Notes under the pieces: model-generated
Database searches by the model: none
The model's input: only the letters and a program-made list of their open reading frames with translations
Told to the model about the DNA's origin: nothing
In this document: one piece after another, positions 12,701 through 24,265 of the stretch
Layout of the letters: the number at the start of each line of letters is the position of its first letter
How positions within the stretch are numbered: position 1 is the stretch's first letter
Made by a program: the position numbers and the translations under genes
Source of the DNA: Phoronis australis
Lineage: Eukaryota > Animalia > Phoronida
Assembly (NCBI GenBank): GCA_002633005.1
Contig: NMRA01000357.1
Coordinates: 14,048 to 78,047, forward strand
DNA: 64,000 nucleotides
Reading direction: 5' to 3'

Positions 12701-15700
12701 ACCTCTGATGTGACCTCAGATGATGAAGAGGAAGAAGAGTCATTTGCAATAGTATGTGACGTTCACAAATATTTGCAGCCAAAAAAATCAATATTCATTT
12801 GTATTTATTGTTAGATGGGATGCACTTCTTTGAGTTATTAGCTCTGTCTAGAACTATTAAACAACAAAATCCATTGTTTTTGTTCTTCAACTACATTGTC
12901 AGTTTTTGCCATTGTGTGCCAAACTCTCTCTGTGACTTAACTAGTTCATTGCAATTAAATACTCTGCCATTTATCATGTGGGATTTAGCTCCGCCAGCAG
13001 AGCATTAGACCATGGAGGTCGCATTAGACCATGGGGGGGGGGGCTGCATNNNNNNNNNNNNNNNNNNNNNNNNNNNNNNNNNNNNNNNNNNNNNNNNNNN
13101 NNNNNNNNNNNNNNNNNNNNNNNNNNNNNNNNNNNNNNNNNNNNNNNNNNNNNNNNNNNNNNNNNNNNNNNNNNNNNNNNNNNNNNNNNNNNNNNNNNNN
13201 NNNNNNNNNNNNNNNNNNNNNNNNNNNNNNNNNNNNNNNNNNNNNNNNNNNNNNNNNNNNNNNNNNNNNNNNNNNNNNNNNNNNNNNNNNNNNNNNNNNN
13301 NNNNNNNNNNNNNNNNNNNNNNNNNNNNNNNNNNNNNNNNNNNNNNNNNNNNNNNNNNNNNNNNNNNNNNNNNNNNNNNNNNNNNNNNNNNNNNNNNNNN
13401 NNNNNNNNNNNNNNNNNNNNNNNNNNNNNNNNNNNNNNNNNNNNNNNNNNNNNNNNNNNNNNNNNNNNNNNNNNNNNNNNNNNNNNNNNNNNNNNNNNNN
13501 NNNNNNNNNNNNNNNNNNNNNNNNNNNNNNNNNNNNNNNNNNNNTAGACCAAGGGGGGCTGTATTAGACCATGGGGGGGCTGCATTAGACTATGGGGGCT
13601 GCATTAGACATGGGGGCTGCATTAGACCATGGGGGCTGCATTAGACCATGGGGGCTGCATTAGACCATGAGGGGGGCTGCATATGACCATGGGGCTGCAT
13701 TATACCATGGGGGGCTGCACGTTTGATTCCACGCTTAGGCCGATCTCACAAAACCAGTTTGCTCACGAACAATGTCCCTTTAAGAGCCTAAAACATAATT
13801 TCTTATGTGATAAGGCCAGACACCGTTGTGCGTAGTTTATTCTTTACCAAATTTGGAAATATTTGTAGGATTTTGGAAAAACTGTCAGACTCCTTATCAC
13901 TTATGAAGAGATTTTATAAATTTGAAAGGTATTTTCTTTCAAGGCATTGCAGAACTTATTGCCAATGTTATGAACGAAATAAACCATGAGAGTCCATCTA
14001 AGGATCAGTGACAAAGCATGGAACATGCCACATGAAGTAAAAATTGTAGTAGAGCAACAGTTCCAAGGCAAGATTCAAGTTGAGATACCACATTGTTTAT
14101 AAACTTAACCCTTGCTAAATTAAGAGCTCTAGTCATTTCATTCTAGCTTGCAGTACAAGTTGTGAATGAGTCATTTGCAAACCTCCGTCATCAGAGAAAG
14201 ACCATTGGAACCATGGTGGCCAACGTAAAGATCTTTCCGCGCGTCTTATCAGATGGAAATGCGGCATTTTTGAAGCAAGAATTTGCACTTCCATGTCAGT
14301 GTTTACCTAAACAGAGGATTGCAGGCAATATTTCTGGTATGATAATTGTCCCTTGGTTTACCTATACAGAGAATTGCAGGCAATATTGCTTGCATGATCA
14401 TTAGCCCTTGGTTTACCTATACGGAGAATTGCAGGCAATATTGCTAGCGCGATCATTATCCCTTGGTTTACCTATACAGAGGATTGCAAGCAATATTGCA
14501 AGTTTCATAATTATCCTTTGGTTTTGTTGTGCAGCACTCATTGCCTTCTGAGGGCAAACTAAACTGAAAGAATGAAAATCTCTTTACAACAAAAATTTAG
14601 GTGAAATTCTCTCTTCTTTTATTTGATAAAAGTGAATTTTCATATTTTGAACACCATGAATTAAGTTTTTGAGGTATCAAACACTTATGTACTTCCTTCT
14701 TGACACGCGCATGTTGTGTTCTAAGGTGGTGAGATATCAAACACCTGTATTTCTTGACGCGCGTATGTTGTGTTTTAAGGAGATGAGATATCAAACACTT
14801 GAACTTCTTGACATGCGCATGTTGTGTTCTAAAGAGGTAAGATATCAAACACCTGTATTTCTTGACGTGCTCATGTTGTGTTTTAAGGAGATGAGATATC
14901 AAACACTTGAACTTCTTGACATGCGTATGTTGTGTTCTAAAGAGGTGAGATATCAAACACTTGTACTTCCTTCTTGACACGGTATGTTGTGTGCTAAGGA
15001 GGTGAGATATCAAACACTTGTACTTCTTGACATGCGCATGTTGTGTTCTAAGGAGGTGAGATATCAAACACTTGTACTTCTTGACATGCGCATGTTGTGT
15101 TCTAAGGAGGTGAGATATCAAACACTTGTACTTCTTGACATGCACATGTTGTGTTCTAAAGAGGTGAGATATCAATACAGTTGTAGTGTGTTAAATTAAT
15201 AATTAGTTCAGCTGCAGTAACTGTGGGAACGTTTAAATTGTTTTGCAAAATACTGTTAGGAATTGTTATTAAAATTTTCCATTAGAGACTGTCAAAAATA
15301 CAACTTGTGAATTTCATGAGAAAAAAATCAAAGGTTGCATAAAACTAAAACAAATTGGCAATTTGTAACATTTGTTTAGATTTCAACTTGAACATTTTAT
15401 ATCAAACAAAATTGGCCTTCTTATTAATACCATCGTTTTTCTAGGAATGAACCTTTCTTTTTTGCTTACTGGTAATTATGATAAAAACACACGAGAGAAT
15501 GAATTAGCAAAAAGGAAAAATCGAACACTACATGTTTGATGTTTACTAATTTTACTTTTCAAAGATCTGTTTTTTTAGATATTTGGCTCAGACTAGCTGA
15601 TAAGGTCCTACGTACATGTGTATCCATTTGTGCTTCGTGACATTTTGGGATTTTTGTGCATCTACATATTTATATGTGGGTGCATATTGCTCTAATTTCT

Positions 15701-16556
15701 GTTTGGGCGTCTGGGCTTTGGTGTCCACAGCTGTATCTCTTAAACCCTCACAGGATCTTGATGAGATTTGGCAGATGTCTGTTTCTCTGATCCAGAAGTT
15801 CCTCAGCAAATTTTTATGGAACTTGGTAAATAACTTTCTATTACAGAATTGATGACATGTTCCTGTTGTCAGATAGATTCAATGTATCTTGTGCCATCTA
15901 GTGGCTAGTTTTACTGTTTCTAGTTTGTTTTTGCAGTTGTGGGCACATTTCAATGGTCCGCATTGCTCTTGTTTTTTACATTGTGTAATATGATTTACGT
16001 CATGGTGTTCCATGTTGTGTAATATTTCGTTGTAGTTACAGTTGACAATATAGCTAATGACTTATCAACCCTTGATTTTGAACCCAATAACTGTTATAAT
16101 GATCGTCCTGACACAAGTTACGTTCCATTTCATACCCTCTGTATATTCTGATCCATTTCAGGAATACCTTCACCTGGAGGCGAGGGATATTTTAAAGTCA
16201 CCCTCCTGAGTCTAGATAGGAGTATTGAGTTGCAAACGGTGTTACTGATACCAAGAGAAACGCAAGCAAGAAACTTTATAGAATTGCTCTCTGGTGTGGA
16301 TGATTTTTCCTCCTTGCACCACGGTGGTGATGACACATCCAATGTGGGAACCTCGGGTCATCATGGTGACCGATCATCTGGATTTAGCGCGTCAGCTCAA
16401 CGTGGTGAACGACTAACTAGATACAGATTACGTGACCTTTTGACTAGTGCTCAAGAAGTTGGACGCAGAAGAGTAGTGTGTGTGTTGGATGCTTACTGTT
16501 ATTGGCCAAAGGATCATGAACTTGTGCTTAATAAGGGATTTGTCACTGGGTATTGA
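661..16556 (+). CDS. RADX: RADX-like RPA-related ssDNA-binding protein (5'-partial; 10 exons in window)
   Basis: Phase-consistent GT-AG exons 661-781, 1309-1388, 4507-4607, 6034-6162, (gap)7125-7205, 7989-8104, 11291-11427, 12090-12751, 14147-14336, 16162-16556. Peptides EIGINSHHPPT..WRLPETQYNF, ICDVCGVVVFVGRWERQKK, RWIKLVDDSSEDP, YLTTTW, GGYFAYPPLP, QSRRFTIQAY, GYFKVTLLSLD, VVCVLDAY..ELVLNKGF match recalled vertebrate RADX blocks in the same order. Confidence 0.85.
1309..1388 (+). CDS. RADX: RADX-like exon (SLPAESICDVCGVVVFVGRWERQKKP)
   Basis: ttacag acceptor, g|gtatgt donor; OB-fold DV.G.V.FVGR motif. Confidence 0.85.
1386..1690. repeat. 45-bp minisatellite, about 7 copies, starting at an exon donor
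   Basis: CAGGTATGTGATGCGTTGTATTACACAATGAGGCTGGCTAGTCTT units. Confidence 0.95.
1890..3925 (-). mobile_element. Helentron/HINE (DINE-1/pearl-like) non-autonomous element with internal CTCF-motif monomers
   Basis: Head AACAAGAGCATCACGCAGCGTTGAAATGCGCCCAC (rc of 3889-3923), GTCC/GTCT microsatellite near 1925-1950, repeated GCGCCATCTAGTG / GCCCCCTAGTGGC motifs. Confidence 0.65.
4135..4511. repeat. About 185-bp tandem duplication ending at an exon acceptor
   Basis: TTAAATACAAG..GACTTAACTCTTATCTACGTGCAGATGTT present twice. Confidence 0.9.
4507..4607 (+). CDS. RADX: RADX-like exon (DVEPSGNCWVRRWIKLVDDSSEDPVVMEIYRCGL)
   Basis: gtgcag acceptor, ctg|gtgagt donor. Confidence 0.8.
4760..5750 (-). mobile_element. 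Degraded copy/fragments of the same HINE-like family
   Basis: Shared blocks such as AAACCACTCTAAGAATATT and GGCACCCTCTAGTGGCAATTTT (about 5301-5325). Confidence 0.45.
6034..6162 (+). CDS. RADX: RADX-like exon (PEVHDSISPGHVVVCTNMKAV..VYLTTTWLSQ)
   Basis: cctag acceptor, cag|gtaac donor; YLTTT motif. Confidence 0.85.
7125..7205 (+). CDS. RADX: RADX-like exon, 5' part lost in N gap (GGYFAYPPLPTKLRDFTAAFDEENQLE)
   Basis: Resembles RADX GGYYPYPPVP; donor gag|gttcaa is weak, so the 3' boundary is uncertain. Confidence 0.7.
7989..8104 (+). CDS. RADX: RADX-like exon (VTPCETLCSAVQNLYLNQSRRFTIQAYLLEVEYVPSSD)
   Basis: gtcag acceptor, ga|gtaagt donor; resembles LQYREQKRIAIQGII..KYIP. Confidence 0.8.
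8390..9490 (-). mobile_element. HINE-like element copy
   Basis: Head rc GTGGGCACATTTCAACGCACTGTGTCACTCTTGTT (9455-9489); GGCGCCCCCTAGTAG and CCTAGTGGCAATTTT motifs. Confidence 0.6.
9843..10515. repeat. 42-bp palindrome-rich minisatellite, about 16 copies
   Basis: GTTTGAGTCAAGACTCAACATGTTGATTTGTGGACATGAATG. Confidence 0.95.
10577..11140 (-). mobile_element. 3' end of a non-LTR retrotransposon
   Basis: Zn-knuckle-like NNISPLCPCGNSQTYPHVFFACEVC, then AATAAA and an A-rich tail on the minus strand near 10580-10600. Confidence 0.55.
11291..11427 (+). CDS. RADX: RADX-like exon, RS-rich low-complexity linker
   Basis: catcag acceptor, g|gtaaaa donor; phases fit flanking exons. Confidence 0.65.
12090..12751 (+). 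CDS. RADX: RADX-like exon, S/R-rich disordered linker with coding 12-bp repeat
   Basis: Long open frame (ORF 12026-12814), ggtag acceptor, ata|gtatgt donor, phases fit. Confidence 0.7.
13000..13720. repeat. G-rich minisatellite of about 20 bp spanning an assembly gap
   Basis: GGGGGCTGCATTAGACCAT units on both sides of the N run. Confidence 0.9.
14147..14336 (+). CDS. RADX: RADX-like exon (LAVQVVNESFANLRHQ..IFPRVLSDGNAAFLKQEFALPCQCLPKQ)
   Basis: ttctag acceptor, g|gtatga donor. Confidence 0.75.
14301..14500. repeat. About 55-bp repeat copying the exon 3' end into the intron (about 4 copies)
   Basis: GTTTACCTATACAGAGAATTGCAGGCAATATT. Confidence 0.85.
14670..15175. repeat. 54-bp minisatellite, about 9 copies
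   Basis: GAGATATCAAACACTTGTACTTCTTGACATGCGCATGTTGTGTTCTAAGGAGGT. Confidence 0.95.
15600..15975 (-). mobile_element. Short internally deleted HINE-like copy
   Basis: Terminal hairpin TGCATCTACATATTTATATGTGGGTGCA (about 15657-15684) and head rc GTGGGCACATTTCAATGG..GCTCTTGTT. Confidence 0.6.
16162..16556 (+). CDS. RADX: RADX-like terminal coding exon
   Basis: tttcag acceptor; IPSPGGEGYFKVTLLSLDRSIELQTV..VVCVLDAYCYWPKDHELVLNKGFVTGY*, like the RADX C-terminus. Confidence 0.85.
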
Positions 16557-17544
16557 GGTCAAGTTGTTGTGGGAGAGACGGTGAATACAATACATGTCAA
16601 ATGTAATCAGGCAAAGTGACTTGTTAGTCCCTCTTGTAATGGGTGAGCGCTCGTTGAATTTCCTGTCATGATGGCCAAGTTCAAGTGGAATTGAGTAATC
16701 TTATAGTAGCTATGTCATGACGGGGAATTTACCTTATTAAAAGTTAACAATGCAAAAAGCCAATAATGCTCGGCAGATTTCTACACTTGTGTTCCTGGCT
16801 GTATTCCTTTTGGCAATAGGAATTTATGATATGGTTTTAAGTCTGTCATTTTAGAATGTTCACAAAGACATCCTTGTTGCCTCCATGCAAACATTGATTC
16901 TCTGCATGTTTTGCAAATACGCTGTTTCTTGTAATAATTTTGAGCCATTTTGGCATCATTGAAAGTTGAATAGAAGATATCAAACAGGTAACTAACTGCC
17001 ATTTTCAGTCCAAATAAGGTGGGAATATCTCCTGGTAGTATTCAGGAAGGGAAAAAGTTTGTGACAATTGTGAGCAAGAGTAATTTTGTTCTGTCAGATT
17101 TCACAAAAAGTTGATTTTTGGAATGTTTACTTTGTTGCAAGCTTGGCTTGAATTGTGAAGAACCACCACTTACTACTCAAAATTTATGATAATTACTCAG
17201 AGTGAATAATTTGTACTCAACTGAAAGTACTGGAAATCCTGAGTAATGCTCAGTAGTATTGAGTTAAACAATGCAATTTGTATATTTCGAATATATTTTT
17301 GAAATATTTAATCACTTAAACTTCCACTTACAAAGTACACATCCTTCTCTTTTCTTTGCAGGTGACTATCTTTTTCAGACCACCTTTATTAGAAAACAAA
17401 TTTGTTTACTGGGCTGTAGAAGCTGCTAGGTTTCAAAGTGCACTTAAATTTTATTTTCATTGTTTTATCAAACCAGACTTTCATAGCAACTCAAGAACAA
17501 TTCATTAGTCTGAAAACATCTTGAATGGACTTAAGTAAAACTTG

Positions 17545-17760
17545 GTGGTCACCAGTGTCTGAGTATTACTGAACTGTATGTATACAATATAGTTTGATGG
17601 CCACCAGTGTCTGAGTATTACTGAACTGCATATATGCAGTATAGTTTGATGGCCATCAGTGATTGAGTATTACTGGACTGTATATATGCAGTATATTTTG
17701 ATGGCCATCAGTGATTGAGTATTACTGGACTGGGTGTATGCAGTATAGTTTGGTGGTCAA
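17545..17760. repeat. About 52-bp repeat, 4 copies (RADX 3' region)
   Basis: CAGTG(T/A)(C/T)TGAGTATTACTG(A/G)ACTG..ATAGTTTGATGGCC. Confidence 0.85.
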
Positions 17761-18410
17761 GGTCTCAGATGGCTCCAATCAACATTTGGTTAGAATTTGT
17801 GTATTCGAAGTATGCCTTTGATAATATAGACAAATGTCAGTTTTGGCAGTCATTGTTGTACTATATTAAAAAAATTCCTATAAGTCTTTGATATATGGTG
17901 TAAAGATCTGTAACCCTTTTCAGCCAACAAAAGAGCAGCAGTTGGAACTTTTTGATAAGGACTGTGTGTCAACAGGTATTTCACCCAAGTAACACCCTAG
18001 ATAATTAATGGAAAAATGTTATCTTGGATCACTGATTTAGTTGTGATTTCTACTTTGAATGTGGAAACTGTGTTATAATACCTTTCTTCTATCTACTTTG
18101 CCTTTCTGTATTTATTTGAGGAATCTACTCCTGAGTGTCAGTAATACCATCTGTTATGTTTTTGTGCATTTATTGTATGAGTATACAAGAAAGTGACTGT
18201 GTTAGTAATGCCTTTGTTGTATCTATTATGTTTTTGTGTATTTATTGTATCAGTATACAACAGTAAGTAATGGCTATGTTGTATCTATTATGTTTTTAGT
18301 GTTTTTATTGACAAGAAACCCCAGAGGTAATAAACAATAGGAGGACGATGTCCTTACAAGTTAAGCTTTTTATCTACATGTAATGGATATGGTAATACAA
18401 TCAATTCCTT

Positions 18411-18640
18411 TTAAAGAGGCATGGAACGCTAAAGCATTCCAAACGAAAGTACCACCTTGCAACCTCTGCTACAGAGTTATTCGCTTTACTCTGTGAGGGG
18501 ATTTCCAGAAAAAATTACAAAATTCACGATTTTTGAAATAGGAGCGAAGGAAAAACTCTGTAGTCACCACAGAGTTTCCAATCTCCCTCACACTTATGAT
18601 AAACGGGCACACGCGCTCACAGCTCATTCACAAACAGTTG
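18411..18640 (+). mobile_element. TTAA-flanked Kolobok-like terminal sequence
   Basis: TTAA-AGAGGCATGGAACGC; about 230 bp similar to the reverse complement of 23745-23973. Confidence 0.5.
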
Positions 18641-19149
18641 AATGACTCTCTGGATATTAACGGCAGATTATGTGTGTGATCTCACTTTAAATCTGGGTTT
18701 CAATAGCACAGCATGAGCATGGGCGGCTCAGCAGTGACAAACGTGTGTGCTATAGCCCCCTCATGGTGCACCGTTCATAAACCATGGGCGGAGCAGCACT
18801 GAAAAAAGTGGCGGTCTATGCCCCCCAGCCCCCTGTGGTGCGCCGCCCATGATGACGCAAGCCAGTGAGGCAAGCAATTTTCCAAACCGAATTCCAAGTG
18901 TATTTTAAAGTATATTTGAATACTACGATACCTTCACAAGTAGTTTTAAACAGTTAAGACACAAATCAATTGCCTTTTACTGTACAAGATGCTAACCCAG
19001 TCTGTGTATATTTAGAAGTTGATTGGCCTTGCATTTCTCAGTTGGTCATTCATAACAGGACAAATACCTGTTAAATTAGTTAGTTAAAAGCAATATTCAT
19101 TAATAGATTCAAGTTCAATTGATATTGACAGTATTCCTGTTTCAGAATT

Positions 19150-22100
19150 ACAACTGCCTTTTAATGACCAGCCTTTCCTCGAAACTCTTTAATGATGGAA
19201 ATACGTGGGAAAACAATTTCCCTTTCCTCACATCTTAAAAACTGAAGGGATTTTTCGAAAAAAAAAGTATTGCAACTAACGAAATAAATATCTTAAAAAC
19301 AAAACAGTTGTCAGTGTGACTAAGTTCCTTTAGAGGATTAGAATAAACAATTGTCAGGGCTAAGAAAGGTAAAGCTGGAGTGTTTAATGGTGACGTCATA
19401 AAACTAATGGATTGATCGAGGAAGGGGAAAAGCCATCCAAATATTTTTGCATTTAGAGAATAGACATTTTGTTAGTGAATATTCGTATTTTCTATGGAAA
19501 GCTGATAATACGAAAACTGAAAGTGGGGAAGAAGTACACGAAACGAAGATTTTTTTTCATAGTTTGCATAATTTTAGGGAAGTTAAAAACTTTGATTTGG
19601 ACACCTTTATGAGGGAAATACCGATTTTCTAAATTTTTGAGGGACTCCGAAAAAGAAAGACTAAAATGCCTTTTTGAGTGTGGAGCGGTAACAGTGTCTT
19701 GAAAATGAAATATAATAAAAAGTCCAGGATCCGATGGTTTCACTATTGGATTAATGAAATTTTTGGTGTAATTTAGGATATTGCACTGTGCATTCTTTGA
19801 ACACAGGTTTTGCTTTAGGATAATGTCAACACAAAAAGGTGTTGTTGTAAAACTGTATATCTAAAGGATGGTATCAAAGTAATAAAAAGGAGACCCATGT
19901 CCCTCTAAATGTAACTAATAAATTGGCCTCAGTTTTTATTGCAGAACGTATTAAAGTGTAACTTGATGACTAATACCTTATCTCTGTGATTACTTGATCA
20001 AATTAGAAACGCAACATATAGCTACGATGTGACCACGAAGTAGGTTTAAAATTGCCAAACGTTTTTAAATACGAGCTTTGCGGCGAAAATGATCCGCCGC
20101 AAATCATTAAACCGTATCCAGTAAATATCGCACTTGGGAATAACACTGCATGATTTATGCTATGTGAGCCTGTGAGGTACGTCATTAGTTCCAAGGTCAC
20201 CTATTAGCCGAATTTTTTGTTTTCACATTTACAAGTTGTCAACGAATATAACTGCACTTTGTTTAGCGCAGATGATGTTCAAATAGCTTTGTCGTTTAGT
20301 TCCTGCTATACATTAGCATAGTTAGGAGCATGCAAATACAACTTTGAAACTACATAGGGAAAACTGATCCTTGAAGACCAAACTTGGTTTATTTTGTGTA
20401 GAAACATAAGTGAAAACATTTGTGGTTTGTATAATCTTTTGGTTACACTACATTCAAATCAAAAGTCTGAACGTTTATTGCTTATATATTTAGAAAAACG
20501 TTCTATTCTCTTTTTTGAAAGTTAATACAAAAAATTCTCGCCTTTTCGATTTTGTTTTTTTTTTCGTCAAAAGGTGGTTTGATGTTTTTATAAAAAAATT
20601 AAATCCTGTGTTCTAGTAAATGAACAACCTTCTTCGTGGTTTGAAATTCAACGAGGATGTAGACAAGGTGATTCTTTGTCACCAAGTATTTTTGTACTAT
20701 TTGCTGAAATTTTGGCGCTCATGGTTAGGTATAACAATGATATTAGAGGGGTTATGGTTGGAGACAGGGAATACTTAGTATCACAATTACACTTGACGCA
20801 TGTGAGAGATCCTTGATATCTTTGAAATTGTTTAATTTCTGCTGAGGTTTCTGACCTCCGTGTACACATTGAAAAGACTTAAGCTGTTTGGTTTGGAATA
20901 AGGCTGGTTGTGTTGAGCTTATTAGCACTGAAGAAAATTTGTCTTGGACAACAGATACATTTCGTTTTTAGGTGTTAATTTTCATACAAACTTAGACCAT
21001 GTTGTTGCACAAAACTATTAAGATATGCTAAAGGATGCAAACACGTTGTTGCAAGTATGGTGACAGTATTTTAACAAAAAACTTCTACTATTTCCTAATT
21101 CACCTCAAGTATTTCTAAATAATTTCAAATCGATTTTTAGAAAAACTTGGCAGTCACAACGCGATAAAATAAAGCGGACTAAAAGCTGTTCTAATCTATG
21201 ACAGTGGTGGTATTAAAATCAACACAACGAGTGGGCGAATATAGCGAGGACCTTCGCTTCCTGCGACTAGAGGCTCCCTTTGGCCAGTCAGCTTCCAGGA
21301 TATGTGCCCAACATCTTCTTTGAACTCACTCGCAGAAGATAATTCGGGTACTAACTTTACTCAGGTATTTTAATACCTGAAAAAATAAAGCGTGTATTTT
21401 AAAACACACAGTTTTTGTAAGTCTCTGAAGTTGTCTGTGATGTATAAGAATACTCTTTCGACTACTAAATCCGGTCATTTATATAATGTGTTATACCCAC
21501 ACCTAAGATGTTTTAGCCGTTGTGTAGGAAATTTTGTTAATTTATCTTTGGTAAAAAACAGCTTTGGGCTAAACTCTTTTAAAAATTGAATTCTTTTCTT
21601 TATAAAATTAAAAGATTCTATTCATTGTGTAAATGACTTTTTGAATCAACCACTTTGGCCCAGAGGTCGGAGGCAAAAGTTTGTTTTTAAAACATTGTTA
21701 CGAAAAAAGAATAAGGTTTATGAAAGATATGTATATAGATAACGGTGAATTTGTTGAATATAGCGGCGTTAGAGCGACATTGCGAAACTTTCACATAAAA
21801 GTATCGAAGAACTTAATAAGGTTGATTGCTACTGCACAGTTTTTCCCTCTACATTAGATTGTATTCGAAAATATATTAGGTACATTACAGGGATTTTCAA
21901 CATCATTACCTAAGTGACAAAATCTGAATCGAAGAAGGCTGCAGAATGTAATTTTCCTCAAACTTTTAATTGAAAGTCTATGTATCTATTACGTTATCGT
22001 GTGATGAAGGATATTTACACTTTGGTGGTTACAAATTAGAATTGTCATTAGAATTATGTCAACAAAAATCAATTTAAGAGAAAGGGACAAACGCAGTTTT

Positions 22101-22440
22101 CGTGTGATAACTTCCTGAAACACTTTCACTTGTGTTACGGGAATATGATATCGTTGTACGTTTCTGGAATGCTATTGAACTTAGGGTGAAAAAGTAAGAT
22201 CTAGAATTGCCTTTTAGCATGTCATAAAAGTCTATTGTCTTTGCACTGGAGACATTCCAGAGTTAGATCCTAGAACTTTATTGTTGCTTTTACCGAAACA
22301 GCATAGATTTAATGTTGAATGTAATTCTGGAACTTTGAATATCGTAACGTTAATATGGCGGTCTTTAACTACTATAAAACACAGAAGTACATTACAAAAG
22401 GAATCTATCTTTACACTCTTTTCAGGAAAAATGGGAAGTG
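19150..22440 (+). mobile_element. Degenerate L1/Tx1-like non-LTR retrotransposon ORF2 relic
   Basis: Frameshifted RT motifs KSPGSDGFT (about 19718-19745), RPMSLxN (about 19890), RGCRQGDSLSPSIFVLFAEILALMVR (20652-20730); interrupted by other insertions. Confidence 0.75.
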
Positions 22441-23436
22441 TTTGAATGTAACATGTCATAGAAATAAGAGGGCAAACTTGTGTGTCGGCGTACGTGTGTC
22501 TGTGTGCGTGTGTCAGTTTGCGTGTGGGATTTTTTGTGTACTGTACGGTAATTGTAATGTTCTGTTTATGCATTAAATGTATTAAAAGACAAATACTACG
22601 AGCTTAAAATCCTTTATTATTTGGAATTATTTTATTCGAGAGACATACGTTTTAATCCTTTTATTACTGCACTCCCTCTTGGTGTATCTACACCACCTCC
22701 AGTTTTTCAAAGAAAACTCAAAATATTAAAAAAACTGAATCATATGCAATTAAGTATGGACAAAATTGTCAAGTCGCTGTAATAAATAGGCTTCTGTATG
22801 TTAGTAAACAGCACTAGGTCATCTTCAAAGTCTCTACGACCTCGGATTCTGTTGTTGCATGGTTCATATAGTCTATGTATGATATCTTTTATATCGAAAT
22901 ATAGTTTGGAAATTGCCCCAGTACTGGTTTCATGTAAATCTACTTCGGTAATATTCTTCTTTTACTACCGTTGTGCCGTTGGATATAATACTAGGAAAAG
23001 GAATAAGGAAATTGAATAATATATGTCCAACAACCAGCTCCGTGAAGCGTTCTGAGACCTATACATAACAGCCATTCCTATCCGCTAATACGGATATGGG
23101 CCCACGTAAATTGTTATGAATGCCACCTGTCGAGAGATAAGTCTGTTGATGGCGTTTAAATTTTCCAGAGTAATTCTCAGTTGGAATTCCCTTGGACCTT
23201 TGATGGGTCGAGCGACGCGCAAAACAGCTGAAAATGCAAACGGAACATTTTTAGTTGACATCACATCGGCCTAGGTTTTGATATTCTCAGACAAACATAT
23301 CCAGATTTTAAATAAACTGTATTGGTTTACAAATAGGCATATCCCAAGCCTAACTCAGCTAACTCCTCTTATGGGGAATTGGTACCGACATTCGTCCCCA
23401 TTGGTTTATCTTTTGGATTACCACAGATATTGTCAT

Positions 23437-23973
23437 TTAAAGAGGCCTGGGACACAATAAACAGACTAAATTGCATTATTGAAAGTGGCTCTCTATCACT
23501 GAAACAGAATTCAATGTGCTCACTAGGTACTTTTAGGGTTTGTTAGAAAAGATTTTTAATCTGTTGATATCAAAGCAGTTTAGTTTAGTTTCAAATTTCA
23601 AAAAAAAAACGACCTGTCAACTGCTCGCCGCGTCTTCAAGTTTTCTCCCACAAGGCAAAGTACGTCGACTTATTTGGTATGTCAAGACATTGACGTAGCA
23701 CAATTCCTTTATATGGAAAATGTGACCTTAGACCTCAAGCACGTCAAGCAACTAACTGTGAACGCATGCGCACATTTATCACAAATGGGAGGGTGATTAG
23801 AAACTCTCCTTCGCGCGTATTTCAAATATCGTGAATGTTGTGATTTTTTTCTGGAAATTTCTTCACGGGGGAAGTGAATTACTCTGTACTCAGAGACGCT
23901 GCGAGATGGCACTTTCGTCAGGAATTGTTTAAAAGATATTTTTGATGAGCTTTCGCGTTCTATGTCTCCTTAA
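23437..23973. mobile_element. Kolobok-like non-autonomous element flanked by TTAA
   Basis: Left TTAA-AGAGGCCTGGGACAC, right GCGTTCTATGTCTCC-TTAA. Confidence 0.5.
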
Positions 23974-23989
23974 GCATCTGGTGCACGTA

Positions 23990-24265
23990 TTTAAGTATGC
24001 ACTTGCAGTCACTGTGTGTTCACATTTATGTATTTACGGTCGCTGTGTACATATGTATCTGTTTACGGTCACTGTAATGTATCTATTTACGATCACTGTA
24101 CTCATGCATGAATGTATTTACGGTCACTGTTTGTACACATGAATGTATTTACGGTCACTATTTGCGGTCACACTATGTACACACGTATGCATTTACGGTC
24201 ACAGTAAGTACACGTGTATGTATTTACTGTCACTGTATGCACATTTATGTATTTACGGTCAATGT
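23990..24265. repeat. Degenerate short-period repeat (TGTATTTACGGTCACTGT core)
   Basis: About 9 imperfect copies. Confidence 0.8.

Noticed and set aside
14597-15199. 192-aa and other ORFs with C/H periodicity resembling zinc fingers
   Set aside because: Produced by a 54-bp tandem repeat in an intron; no splice or homology support.
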